Positions 43,690 to 55,120 of a DNA stretch of 63,634 nucleotides are shown piece by piece (the stretch's first letter is position 1; every line of letters starts with the position of its first letter). Location of the stretch: assembly GCA_000437375.1 (NCBI GenBank), contig FR898229.1, positions 45,697 to 109,330 on the forward strand. Direction: 5' to 3'. Origin of the DNA: Eubacterium sp. CAG:841 (lineage in GTDB: Bacteria; Bacillota; Clostridia; Oscillospirales; CAG-272). The position numbers and the translations under genes are program-made. The notes beneath the pieces are model-generated. The model was not told where the DNA came from. It saw only the letters and a list, made by a program, of their open reading frames with translations, and did no database searches.

Positions 43690-44970
43690 TCAGTCGACGA
43701 AATCGAATTCAAGGTCATAGAGGTCGACAACATCGCCGTCTGCAATGCCAAGCTCGCGCATTTTATCATAGATGCCGTTCTGACGAAGCGTCCTGTCGAA
43801 ATAATTCATCGATTCGCGGTCGTCAAGATTGATACCCTCCATAAGTCTGCGGAGCCACGCGCCCTCAACAAACCATACACCGTCCTCCTTGCGGGCGGTA
43901 ATATCCGTCGGTATAAGCTCCCCTGCGGCTTCCTCTTCATATTCCGGCTCGTAAACCGTAACGGGAGGAAGCGTCTGCAATTTGTCATAAACCTTATGCA
44001 AAAGCTCGGTTATACCCTCGCCCGTAGCGGCACTGATGTAAACTATCTCATGGCCGTGATCGGCACAGAATTTTTCGAATTTGACAACATCGACAAGCTC
44101 TCGGTCGAGAATATCGCACTTGTTTGCCGCAATTATCTGCGGACGTGAAGCAAGATCGGCGCTGTATTTTTCAAGCTCGGTGTTTATCGTTATAAGATCG
44201 TCCGTAGGATCGCGTCCTTCGGAAGCCGAGATATCGACAACGTGAACAAGTAAACGGCATCTGTCTACATGGCGAAGAAAATCAAAGCCGAGACCGAGCC
44301 CTTCGGACGCACCTTCTATAAGACCGGGAATGTCCGCCGCAACAAAACCTTTCCCTTCGCCGACGGAAACAACTCCGAGCATGGGAGAAAGCGTTGTGAA
44401 GTGATACGCCGCGATCTTCGGTCTTGCCGCGCTGATAACCGAAAGCAAAGTGGATTTTCCCACGCTCGGAAGTCCGACAAAACCGACATCGGCAAGCATT
44501 TTGAGCTCAAGCAAAACCTCGCGCTCCTCGCCCTCGCGCCCCGTTTTCGCAAAGCGCGGAGCCTGACGGGTAGACGTGGCAAAATGACGGTTCCCCCATC
44601 CGCCGCGTCCGCCTTTGCAAAGCACGAACGGCTCGCAACAGCTCATATCTTTTATTATTTTTCCGGTTTTTGCGTCTTTTACGACAGTTCCCTCCGGAAC
44701 GGGAATTATAAGATCGGGAGCGTTAGCTCCGTGAAATTTCGATTTCATACCGTCGCCGCCGTTCGCAGCGACGTATTTTTTTCTGTTACGGAAGTCAAGC
44801 AAGGTGTTCTTGCCCTTTTCTATAACAAGAACTATATTGCCGCCGTTGCCGCCGTCGCCGCCGTCGGGACCTCCGTGCGAAATATATTTTTCCCTGTGAA
44901 AAGAAATACAGCCGTTACCGCCGTTGCCGGCTTTTACGTATATCTTCACATGATCATAAAAATCTGCCAT
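43690..44970 (-). CDS. obg: GTPase Obg
   Basis: Gly-rich N-terminal Obg fold 'GGNGCISFHREKY...GGPDGGDGGNGG' and G-domain 'GLPSVGKST'. Confidence 0.95.
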   Translation of the reverse strand: MADFYDHVKIYVKAGNGGNGCISFHREKYISHGGPDGGDGGNGGNIVLVIEKGKNTLLDFRNRKKYVAANGGDGMKSKFHGANAPDLIIPVPEGTVVKDAKTGKIIKDMSCCEPFVLCKGGRGGWGNRHFATSTRQAPRFAKTGREGEEREVLLELKMLADVGFVGLPSVGKSTLLSVISAARPKIAAYHFTTLSPMLGVVSVGEGKGFVAADIPGLIEGASEGLGLGFDFLRHVDRCRLLVHVVDISASEGRDPTDDLITINTELEKYSADLASRPQIIAANKCDILDRELVDVVKFEKFCADHGHEIVYISAATGEGITELLHKVYDKLQTLPPVTVYEPEYEEEAAGELIPTDITARKEDGVWFVEGAWLRRLMEGINLDDRESMNYFDRTLRQNGIYDKMRELGIADGDVVDLYDLEFDFVD

Positions 44971-44990
44971 ATGTTCATCCTTTCTGCCGT

Positions 44991-47021
<2,031 letters not shown>

Positions 47022-47159
47022 TCACATTTTTAAGTATATCACAAAACTTTTTTATTTAACAGATTTATTTTGAAATTTATGTTGAATATTTTTTCAATAT
47101 ATAATATAATGATATTCGGCAAAATGCTTAAATGAAAGCGTTGCAGAAGGAGGTATTTT

Positions 47160-47402
47160 GTGAAAGTTACTGTTGACAGGATTGAAGAAGGCTTCTTTGT
47201 GTGCATAAACGACGGAGGGGACGTGATAAACGTGCCCGTACACGATATCCCGTTTGAAGTGAATGAATGTGACATTCTTGACATAACGATTTCGGACGGC
47301 AAGGTAACGGACGCCCGCTACCTCGCAGATGAAACAGAAGCACAGCGACTGCGCGCGAAAAGCGTTATGGACAGACTGAGAAATAAATTCCGCAAAAACT
47401 GA
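47160..47402 (+). CDS. DUF3006-family protein
   Basis: 'VTVDRIEEGFFVCINDGGDVINVP' is typical of the family. GTG start 6 nt after GAAGGAGG. Confidence 0.65.
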   Translation: MKVTVDRIEEGFFVCINDGGDVINVPVHDIPFEVNECDILDITISDGKVTDARYLADETEAQRLRAKSVMDRLRNKFRKN

Positions 47403-47474
47403 AAACCAAATTGTCCGACGCATCCGGCGGTATGCTCGGAGACAAAAATACAAACCGCCGGGAAAGAGAACGCA

Positions 47475-48737
47475 ATGATAACAAAGGCTGTAAGACTTTA
47501 CGGAGTAAACGATTTAAGGCTCGAGGAATTCGAGCTTCCCGAAATAAAGGACGACGAAATACTCGCCCACATCATATCGGACAGCATCTGTATGTCCACT
47601 CACAAAGCGGCTGAGCAAGGGACTGCGCACAAGCGCGTTCCGGATGATATCGCCGAAAATCCCGTTATAGTAGGTCATGAATTCTGCGGCGAAATAGTAG
47701 AAGTCGGCGCAAAATGGCAGGACAAATATAAAGCCGGAGACAAATTCGTTATTCAGCCGGCGCTCAACTACAAGGGCAGTCTCGCCGCGCCGGGATATTC
47801 ATATAAATATATAGGCGGAGATGCCACTTATATCGTTATCCCGCACGAGGTAATGGAGCTTGACTGTCTGCTTCCTTACAGCAGCGAGGCATATTTTTAC
47901 GGCTCTCTTTCCGAGCCGGTTTCGTGCATAGTCGGAGGATTTCACGCAAACTATCACACAAAAGCGGGAAGCTATGTTCACGAAATGGGAATAAAAGAAG
48001 GCGGAAAGACCGCCATTCTCGCCGGTGTGGGTCCCATGGGCCTCGGCGCAATAGATTATGCCATCCACTGTGACAGAAAACCGTCGCTTCTCGTTGTCAC
48101 TGATATAGACTCCGCGCGCCTTGCCCGTGCGGAAAGCATACTCACCACCGAAGAAGCCGCAAAAAACGGCGTAAAGCTCATATATCTGAACACAGCCGAC
48201 TGCGAAGATCCCGTAAAGACTCTCAGAGAGCTTTCCGGCGGTGACGGTTACGATGATGTTTTCGTTTTCGCTCCCGTAAAGCCGGTCGTCGAACAGGGCG
48301 ATGCCATTCTCGGGAGAGACGGATGTCTCAACTTCTTTGCCGGACCTACAAGCACGGCATTTTCCGCAAACTTCAATTTTTATAACGTACATTACGCGTC
48401 CACGCACATTGTCGGAACATCGGGCGGAAACGTTGACGATATGAAAGAATCCATTGCGATGATGTCCTGCGGAAAAATGAATCCCGCCGTTATGATAACG
48501 CACGTCGGAGGACTTGACAGCGTTATTGACACAACGCTTAATCTTCACAAAATTCCGGGCGGAAAGAAGCTTGTTTATACAAATATATCAATGCCAATGA
48601 CGGCGATCGCCGATTTTGCCGAGCTTGGTAAAACGGACGCAAAATTCGCCGAGCTCGCTGAAATAGTCGATCGCCACAACGGGCTGTGGTGTGCGGAAGC
48701 GGAAAAATATCTGCTTGCGCATTCAGATAAAATATAA
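47475..48737 (+). CDS. Zn-dependent medium-chain dehydrogenase/reductase (polyol/sugar dehydrogenase-like, long form)
   Basis: Zn ligand context 'SDSICMSTH' and 'GHEFCGEIVEVG', with a Rossmann 'LAGVGPMGLG'. Confidence 0.75.
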   Translation: MITKAVRLYGVNDLRLEEFELPEIKDDEILAHIISDSICMSTHKAAEQGTAHKRVPDDIAENPVIVGHEFCGEIVEVGAKWQDKYKAGDKFVIQPALNYKGSLAAPGYSYKYIGGDATYIVIPHEVMELDCLLPYSSEAYFYGSLSEPVSCIVGGFHANYHTKAGSYVHEMGIKEGGKTAILAGVGPMGLGAIDYAIHCDRKPSLLVVTDIDSARLARAESILTTEEAAKNGVKLIYLNTADCEDPVKTLRELSGGDGYDDVFVFAPVKPVVEQGDAILGRDGCLNFFAGPTSTAFSANFNFYNVHYASTHIVGTSGGNVDDMKESIAMMSCGKMNPAVMITHVGGLDSVIDTTLNLHKIPGGKKLVYTNISMPMTAIADFAELGKTDAKFAELAEIVDRHNGLWCAEAEKYLLAHSDKI

Positions 48738-48755
48738 TTACGGGGAGAACTGAAA

Positions 48756-50729
48756 ATGAGCATTGAAAAAGATATAAAATCACTTGTCGGAATGTCGAAC
48801 AAATACGGCGCAGACGCGGAATTCGTTCTCGCCGGCGGAGGAAACACCTCTTATAAAACCGATGATACGCTTTATATAAAAGGCTCCGGCACATCGCTTG
48901 CAACGATAACCGAAGAAGGATTTGTAAAGATCGACCGCGCCGAGCTTGAGAAAATCTGGAACGCGAAATTTTCGGACGTTGAAGCCGAAAGAGAAGCTCA
49001 GGTTCTCTCGATGATGATGGACTCGCGCAAAAAGGGCGAAGAAGGCAAACGTCCCAGCGTTGAAACGCTCCTGCACGACCTTCTGCCGCAGAAATTCGTG
49101 CTTCACGTTCATCCCGCACTTGTAAACGGAATTACGTGCTCTGTTAATGGCGAAAAGATTGCAGAAGAGCTTTTCCCCGACGCCGTATGGGTTCCTTCAA
49201 CAAAACCGGGATACATTCTCGCAGCGCTCTGCCGCGAGAAGCTCGGCGAATACGAAAAAGCTCACGGAAAAGCTCCGCAGATAATATTCCTTGAAAATCA
49301 CGGAATTTTCTATGCCGCAGACACAACCGAAGAAATAGACGCGCTTACAGCCGAAGTTTCCGAAAAAATAAAGAAAAAAATACTGTTCTTCCCGTGCAAA
49401 GACGAGGTTGAATGTGACAAAACGCTTGCGCAGACTCTCGCTCCCGAAATACGTATGCTTTATTCGGCAGAAGGAAGATCGGTCGTTAAATATACGGCGT
49501 ACCACGATATAATCGCTTTCGCCCGTGACAGAGCGGCGTTTGCTCCGCTCGCAGACAGCTTCTCTCCGGACCATATAGTTTACTGCAAGGCGCATCCGCT
49601 TTATGTTGAAAACAAAGGTGAAGAAACCGCTTGCGAGCTTGAAAAAGCTTTCCGTGAATATACCGGAAAGAACGGCTTTATGCCCAAGATAATTTTTGTT
49701 CAGGGCGTGGGTATGTTCGCCTGCGGAAAGACGAAAAAAGAAGCCGATACCGCCTCCGTCGTGTTCGAGGATGCAGTAAAAATAGCAACTTACGCTATGT
49801 CGTTCGGCGGAGCAAAACATATGAGCGAGGAACTGACCTCGTTCATAGCAAATTGGGAGGTTGAAAGCTATCGTGCGAAGGTAGCGCTTTCCGGCGCAAC
49901 CGAAAAACGCCTTGCCGGAAAAATTTCAATAGTCACAGGCTCGGCGCAGGGCTTCGGTGCGGGAATCGCAGAAGCTATGATACGCGAGGGCGCATATGTG
50001 GCCATCGCGGACATGAATTTTGAAGGCGCGGAAAATATGGCAAAGTCCCTCTGCGAAAAATACGGCAAAGGCACTGCGTTCCCCGTTTATGTAAACGTTA
50101 CGGACGAAGAATCCGTAAAGGAAATGATCAAAAAGACCGTGCTTGAATACGGCGGCCTTGACGTATTTGTGAACAACGCGGGAATCGTACGCGCAGGCTC
50201 GCTTGAAGAAATGACTAAACAGAATTTCGAGCTTGTAACGTCAATTGACTACACGGCGTTCTTCGTCTGTACGAAATATGCCGTCGTGCCGATGAAAATC
50301 CAGAGAAAATATTCACCGGATTATATGTCTGACGTTATCGGAATAAACTCAAAATCGGGACTTGAAGGCAGCAACAAGAACTTTGCATATGCCGGAGCAA
50401 AATTCGGCGGCATAGGTCTTACGCAGAGCTTTGCGCTCGAGCTTGCTCCATACGGCATAAAGTGCAATTCCATATGTCCCGGAAACTACCTTGACGGACC
50501 GCTGTGGTCAGACCCCGTGCGCGGACTTTTCGTCCAGTACCTCAATGCCGGAAAAGTTCCCGGCGCAAAAACGGTAGAGGACGTCCGCCGCTATTACGAA
50601 AGCAAGGTCCCGCTCGGCAGAGGCTGTCTGCCCGAAGATATTGCAAAGGCGTTGTTCTATATAGTCGAACAGAAATACGAAACAGGTCAGGCTGTTCCCG
50701 TCACCGGCGGACAGACCATGCTCAACTGA
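48756..50729 (+). CDS. Bifunctional class II aldolase/adducin-domain + SDR protein (YuxG/RhaEW-like)
   Basis: The N-terminal half is aldolase-like ('VLHVHP'). The C-terminal half is an SDR ('VTGSAQGFG', 'NNAG', 'YAGAK'). Confidence 0.75.
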   Translation: MSIEKDIKSLVGMSNKYGADAEFVLAGGGNTSYKTDDTLYIKGSGTSLATITEEGFVKIDRAELEKIWNAKFSDVEAEREAQVLSMMMDSRKKGEEGKRPSVETLLHDLLPQKFVLHVHPALVNGITCSVNGEKIAEELFPDAVWVPSTKPGYILAALCREKLGEYEKAHGKAPQIIFLENHGIFYAADTTEEIDALTAEVSEKIKKKILFFPCKDEVECDKTLAQTLAPEIRMLYSAEGRSVVKYTAYHDIIAFARDRAAFAPLADSFSPDHIVYCKAHPLYVENKGEETACELEKAFREYTGKNGFMPKIIFVQGVGMFACGKTKKEADTASVVFEDAVKIATYAMSFGGAKHMSEELTSFIANWEVESYRAKVALSGATEKRLAGKISIVTGSAQGFGAGIAEAMIREGAYVAIADMNFEGAENMAKSLCEKYGKGTAFPVYVNVTDEESVKEMIKKTVLEYGGLDVFVNNAGIVRAGSLEEMTKQNFELVTSIDYTAFFVCTKYAVVPMKIQRKYSPDYMSDVIGINSKSGLEGSNKNFAYAGAKFGGIGLTQSFALELAPYGIKCNSICPGNYLDGPLWSDPVRGLFVQYLNAGKVPGAKTVEDVRRYYESKVPLGRGCLPEDIAKALFYIVEQKYETGQAVPVTGGQTMLN

Positions 50730-50744
50730 CGGGAGGTGCGGGAA

Positions 50745-52031
50745 GTGAATACCGATAAACTGATATCCATCCTTAACGCACCGAACAGATACACACGTCT
50801 CGATGTGCTGGCGGAGCTCAAAATGCTTACCGACGGAGGACTTCTTCCGGAGCCGAAAAAAACGGGACTTGTGAATAATCACATTCATACAAATTACTCG
50901 TTTTCGCCGTATTCTCCCACCAAAGCCGTTTATATGGCATGGCAAAGCGGGCTTGCAACGGCGGGAATAATGGATCACGATTCGCTCTCGGGAGCTGAGG
51001 AATTTCTTCGTGCCGCAGCGCTTGTGGGCATGCCGGCGACAGTCGGAATGGAGTGCCGTGCCTCGATGAAGAACACCGCGCTTGACGAAAAAAGGATAAA
51101 CAACCCCGACCAGAAATCAGTAGCTTACGTAGCGCTTCACGGAATACCGAATCAGAGCATAAATCTGCTCAACGACTACTTTGCATATTATCGTTTCCGT
51201 CGCGGCGAACGCAACCGCAAAATGTGCGATAATATAAACGAGCTTGTCGGAAATTACGGCCTTTTCCTTGATTATGACAATGACGTTCTGCCAATCTCTA
51301 TGGCGCACGAAGGCGGTTCGGTAACCGAGCGTCATATACTTTTCGCCCTTGCAAAAAAAATAACGGCGCGCTTCGACGAGCCGGAAAAAGTCATCGACTT
51401 CCTTGAAAAAGAAATGAAGCTCGATATCTCTCCGAAAGTAAAAAAACAGATACTTTCCGGAAGAGAGACTCCGGATTATTATGAATACGACATTCTCGGT
51501 GCGCTGAAAAGCAATATGGTTGAAAAATTCTATATTCCCGCCACCTATGAATGTCCCGATATATTTGAACTGCAAAAGGTATGCTCGGCTTGCGGAGCGG
51601 TATTCGCATATGCATATCTCGGAGACGTGGGCGATTCCGTAACGGGCGACAAAAAAGCACAGAAATTCGAAGATGATTATCTTGAGCTTCTCTTTTACGA
51701 GCTTGACAGGATAGGATTTGACGCCGTAACCTATATGCCCAGCCGCAATACGGAAGCACAGCTCCGCCGTATAATGGAGCTTTGCGAAAAGCATCGCTTC
51801 TTCCAGATAAGCGGCGAAGATATAAACTCTCCGCGTCAGAGCTTTCTCTGCAACGCTATGGAAAACGAAATGTTCTCTCACCTTTCGGACGCCGCCTATG
51901 CGCTCATCGGGCATGAACGCCGCGCAACAAAGGGCATTGAAAGAGCGATGTTCTCCGAAAAGGCAAAGGATATGTTCCCCGACATGCACACAAGGATAGA
52001 GCATTATAAGAAAATAGTAAAAAAAGACTGA
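50745..52031 (+). CDS. PHP-domain (polymerase/histidinol-phosphatase-like) metal-dependent phosphoesterase
   Basis: 'NNHIHTNYSFSPY' and 'GIMDHDS' are PHP motifs. GTG start 8 nt after GGGAGG. Confidence 0.6.
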   Translation: MNTDKLISILNAPNRYTRLDVLAELKMLTDGGLLPEPKKTGLVNNHIHTNYSFSPYSPTKAVYMAWQSGLATAGIMDHDSLSGAEEFLRAAALVGMPATVGMECRASMKNTALDEKRINNPDQKSVAYVALHGIPNQSINLLNDYFAYYRFRRGERNRKMCDNINELVGNYGLFLDYDNDVLPISMAHEGGSVTERHILFALAKKITARFDEPEKVIDFLEKEMKLDISPKVKKQILSGRETPDYYEYDILGALKSNMVEKFYIPATYECPDIFELQKVCSACGAVFAYAYLGDVGDSVTGDKKAQKFEDDYLELLFYELDRIGFDAVTYMPSRNTEAQLRRIMELCEKHRFFQISGEDINSPRQSFLCNAMENEMFSHLSDAAYALIGHERRATKGIERAMFSEKAKDMFPDMHTRIEHYKKIVKKD

Positions 52032-52034
52032 ACA

Positions 52035-52070
52035 TAAAAAATACGGATTGCTGTTGCAATCCGTATTTTT
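52035..52070. terminator. Bidirectional rho-independent terminator
   Basis: Stem ATACGGATTGC/GCAATCCGTAT flanked by A- and T-runs, between convergent genes. Confidence 0.8.
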
Positions 52071-52073
52071 GTT

Positions 52074-52838
52074 TTAAGGCTGTACCCACAGTCCGTCACG
52101 CCGGAGAAGGTCCCAATTCGGTCTCAGCACCGAAATTTTTTTGCCTTTTTCGTCAAGCATTGTGGATTTGTAAACATATCCGTCTCTCATCATCTGGTCA
52201 AGCGCGCTTTTTATCGAACGCCTGTCCACCCTGCCCTGCTTTGAAACACGCTCCGTTATCTTCTCAGGAGAACCGCTTTTTACAAACTCCCTGTGAACCG
52301 TAAGATAGTTGAAAGTATCTACTATAAGCTTATAATAAGTTCTGTAAATTTCAGAATCGGACGGAAGCTCGCGGCACCATGACGCGCTTGCTTTAAGCTG
52401 ACTGCTTGTCGCTCCGGTTATACCGTATATACCGACTTTCTTGCGGCACTGATTAATTATAAACCGCACTACGGACGTAAAATGTCCGTCCCCTGTAAAA
52501 ATAATGAATGTGTCGATATTCTTTTTCGTCATTGCCCGCTGATAAATATAATCGAGCATAATGAAGTCCGTAAAATCTTTTTTATAATGTTCACTTTGGT
52601 TTTTTGTATCTATTATAATATTGGTAACATTGCGTATTTTCTCAAGCTCGCCGCGAAGTCCCGTATTTGAAAAATCGGCAAAGATCGCAATTTCTTCAAC
52701 ATCATAATTTTTGCGTAGCTCTTCAGCCCACGCTTTTACATCCGGCTTTACCGAATACATACGTTCAAGCGATATATACCAATGCTCAAAATCCACAAAT
52801 GCGACAGCACGCGGCAGCGAATGTTTTTTTCCGAACAT
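52074..52838 (-). CDS. NYN/LabA-like (PIN-related) domain protein
   Basis: 'AVAFVDFEHWYISL', 'IAIFADFS' and 'FIIFTGDGHFTSVV' match the NYN acidic-residue pattern. The C-terminus is winged-helix-like. Confidence 0.6.
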   Translation of the reverse strand: MFGKKHSLPRAVAFVDFEHWYISLERMYSVKPDVKAWAEELRKNYDVEEIAIFADFSNTGLRGELEKIRNVTNIIIDTKNQSEHYKKDFTDFIMLDYIYQRAMTKKNIDTFIIFTGDGHFTSVVRFIINQCRKKVGIYGITGATSSQLKASASWCRELPSDSEIYRTYYKLIVDTFNYLTVHREFVKSGSPEKITERVSKQGRVDRRSIKSALDQMMRDGYVYKSTMLDEKGKKISVLRPNWDLLRRDGLWVQP

Positions 52839-52960
52839 AGCTTTTTACTGCACCTCCTTTCCTAAAAATATATTTTACAATACGGCGGGAATAAAGTCAA
52901 TATTTTTTATACCCGCCGCATATGATTTGTTTTCTGTTTTTCGACATTTGTCCGAAAAGT

Positions 52961-52996
52961 AAAAATATCCGCCCGAATTTCGGGCGGATATTTTTT
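52961..52996. terminator. Rho-independent terminator after the aminotransferase gene
   Basis: Stem ATATCCGCCCG/CGGGCGGATAT with flanking A/T runs. Confidence 0.8.
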
Positions 52997-52997
52997 A

Positions 52998-54200
52998 TCA
53001 GACAAAATCTTCTTTAAGCAATTCATCTATTGCCTTCACCGCACCGGAAAGCTGCTCGGGCGACGGCAGAAGCACCATCCTGAAATGGTTCGGAGAATTA
53101 TAATTGAAGCCGCTTCCCGGAACAAGCAGAATATGCTTTTCACGGAGAAGCCTTGCCGCGAAATCGTGATCGTCACGGACCTTGAATCTGTTGTCGATGC
53201 GAGGAAACATATAAAGCGCGCCGTCATTTTTAAGGCACGAAAGCGAATCAACGCTCTCAAGCGCTTCCCACGCCGCGCGGCGACGTTCGTAAAGTGTGCC
53301 TCCGGGAGCAATCTCGGCTTTAGTGCTTTCGGTATCGGCAAGCGCTGCGGGAATTATAAGCTGAGGAATTGCGCCTGCGCAAAGCCGGAGCGACATCAGC
53401 TTTTCAACATTGAGCCTGAAGCTTTCGAAGCCTTTTTCCGGACCGCAGAGCGTCATCCAGCCGGAGCGGTATCCGCAAACATTGTGCGATTTTGAAAGAC
53501 CGTTATATGTTACTACAAAAACATCGGGAGCTACTGTCGCCATAGGCGTATGGATCTTGCCGTCAAAAACAAGGCGGTCATATATCTCATCGGAAAAGAT
53601 CATAAGGTTGTGCTCTCTTGCAACGTCGGCTATTCCGGAAAGAATTTCATTCGGATAAAGCGCGCCTGTGGGATTATTCGGGTTTATAACTACTATTGCT
53701 TTTGTCTTCTTCGTTACTTTTTTGCGGATATCGTCCACGTCCGGATACCACTTTGCGCTTTCGTCGCAATTGTAAAATACGGGAACTCCTCCCACCTTCA
53801 CGGTACAGTTCGACCAAAGCGGATAGCACGGTGTTGGAACAAGCACCTCGTCGCCCGGATCAAGTATGGATGTAAGAGAAATATCCGCAAGCTCGCTTAC
53901 GCCGTTTCCTACATAAATATCCGTATCGCGGACGCCGCAGACGCCTTTTTCAAGATAATAATCGCGAATCGCTTCTCTTGCCGCTTTCATACCGCGAAAA
54001 TCGCAGTACGGAACAGCTTTATCTATATTTTCTATTATGGCTTTTTTCACGCTTTCGGGACCTTTATGCCCGAATATAGCGGGATTTCCCGAGTTCAGCT
54101 TGAGTATTTTTGTGCCTTCGGCTTCCATTTTGGTGGCTTCCACATACAGCGGTCCCCTTATATCGGAATGAACCGCTTCCATCTTTTTTGCACACTTCAT
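52998..54200 (-). CDS. PLP-dependent class I/II aminotransferase (AlaA-like)
   Basis: 'DIRGPLY', 'NPNNPTG' and the PLP-Lys context 'YNGLSKSHNVCGYRSGW' are present. Confidence 0.85.
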   Translation of the reverse strand: MKCAKKMEAVHSDIRGPLYVEATKMEAEGTKILKLNSGNPAIFGHKGPESVKKAIIENIDKAVPYCDFRGMKAAREAIRDYYLEKGVCGVRDTDIYVGNGVSELADISLTSILDPGDEVLVPTPCYPLWSNCTVKVGGVPVFYNCDESAKWYPDVDDIRKKVTKKTKAIVVINPNNPTGALYPNEILSGIADVAREHNLMIFSDEIYDRLVFDGKIHTPMATVAPDVFVVTYNGLSKSHNVCGYRSGWMTLCGPEKGFESFRLNVEKLMSLRLCAGAIPQLIIPAALADTESTKAEIAPGGTLYERRRAAWEALESVDSLSCLKNDGALYMFPRIDNRFKVRDDHDFAARLLREKHILLVPGSGFNYNSPNHFRMVLLPSPEQLSGAVKAIDELLKEDFV

Positions 54201-54307
54201 TTTGCCATCCTCCGTTTTTATATGGTCTTTTACGGTATTTTCTGAATCGTGCGCGGAAAATCAAGCCGCGCAATTGTATATTGTATCACTTTTTCGACAT
54301 TTGTCAA

Positions 54308-54497
54308 CCTACTTTTCTTTGAAAAGAAAAGTAGGCAAAAGAAACTTTAGCTATTGGCAGGTGATATACAGATTTTTTATAACTGTGCAAGCAGGACTTT
54401 CCAAAAAAGCAAAAGAAACTTTAGCTATTGGCAGGTGATATACAGATTTTTTAGCAACTGCAAAGACAGGTATTGCAGAAAAGCAAAAAACTTCAGG
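54308..54497 (+). repeat. Intergenic repeat element, copy B: 28-nt palindrome + 74-bp unit in ~2.2 tandem copies
   Basis: Units start at 54335, 54409 and 54483 (GCAAAAGAAACTTTAGCTATTGGCAGGTGATATACAGATTTTTTA...). Copy B is in inverted orientation relative to 43551-43688. Confidence 0.9.
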
Positions 54498-54540
54498 TAA
54501 ATTGTTTTGTACCACCTCTTTTGCGTTGAAGCCTCAATGA

Positions 54541-54568
54541 AAAAATCCCCGCTTTCGCGGGGATTTTT
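54541..54568 (-). terminator. Rho-independent terminator after hpt
   Basis: Stem ATCCCCGC/GCGGGGAT flanked by A/T runs. Confidence 0.75.
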
Positions 54569-55110
54569 CATTTCTCATATACTTCTCTTTTCAGTATCGC
54601 AACATAAGGAAGCGCTCTGTACTTTTCATCGTAATCGAGCCCATAGCCGACAACAAATTCGTCCGGTATCTGCTTGCCCACATAATCGGGAACGAATTCA
54701 ACCTCGCGACGCGACGGCTTGTCAAGCATAGTGCAGGTCTTTACGCTTCTTGCGCCTTTATCGCGCAGATACTTTGCAAGATACGAAAGTGTTCTTCCCG
54801 AATCGATGATATCTTCAACTATAAGGATATCACAATCAGCAAGATTTTTTCTTCTTATATCAAGAATAATGTCAACGTGTCCGGACGATACTGTTCCCGT
54901 GCCGTAAGAGGAAACCTTCATAAAATCTATCTGCACGGGAATTGAAAGCCTTTTCATAAGGTCGCCCATAAAAACGACCGAACCTTTTAGAATTCCCAAA
55001 AGCACAAGATTTTTTCCTTCGTAATCTCGGCTTATCTCGTCTGCCATACGGCGTACCGTTTTATCTATTTCTTCCTCAGTCACGAGGATCTGTGAAAAAT
55101 CGTTCTGCAT
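54568..55110 (-). CDS. hpt: Hypoxanthine phosphoribosyltransferase
   Basis: PRPP-binding 'ILIVEDIIDSGRTL' and 'VVGYGLDYDEKYR'. The ATG at 55110 follows GAGGTGG. Confidence 0.95.
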   Translation of the reverse strand: MQNDFSQILVTEEEIDKTVRRMADEISRDYEGKNLVLLGILKGSVVFMGDLMKRLSIPVQIDFMKVSSYGTGTVSSGHVDIILDIRRKNLADCDILIVEDIIDSGRTLSYLAKYLRDKGARSVKTCTMLDKPSRREVEFVPDYVGKQIPDEFVVGYGLDYDEKYRALPYVAILKREVYEK

Positions 55111-55120
55111 ATTGCCCACC

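Noticed and set aside
52937-52952. 16-nt exact match TTTTTCGACATTTGTC, also present at 54290-54305, in both intergenic regions flanking the aminotransferase gene. It contains GACA-N2-TGTC, so it could be a shared operator.
   Set aside because: In a 64-kb AT-biased window, about one 16-mer coincidence is expected by chance on the two strands. At 54290-54305 the motif simply overlaps a good TTGACA/TACAAT promoter. This is not enough support for a regulatory site.
54335-54497. Tandem 74-bp repeats as a possible CRISPR array.
   Set aside because: The units are contiguous with no unique spacers. They are long (74 bp) and partly divergent, and no cas genes are nearby.
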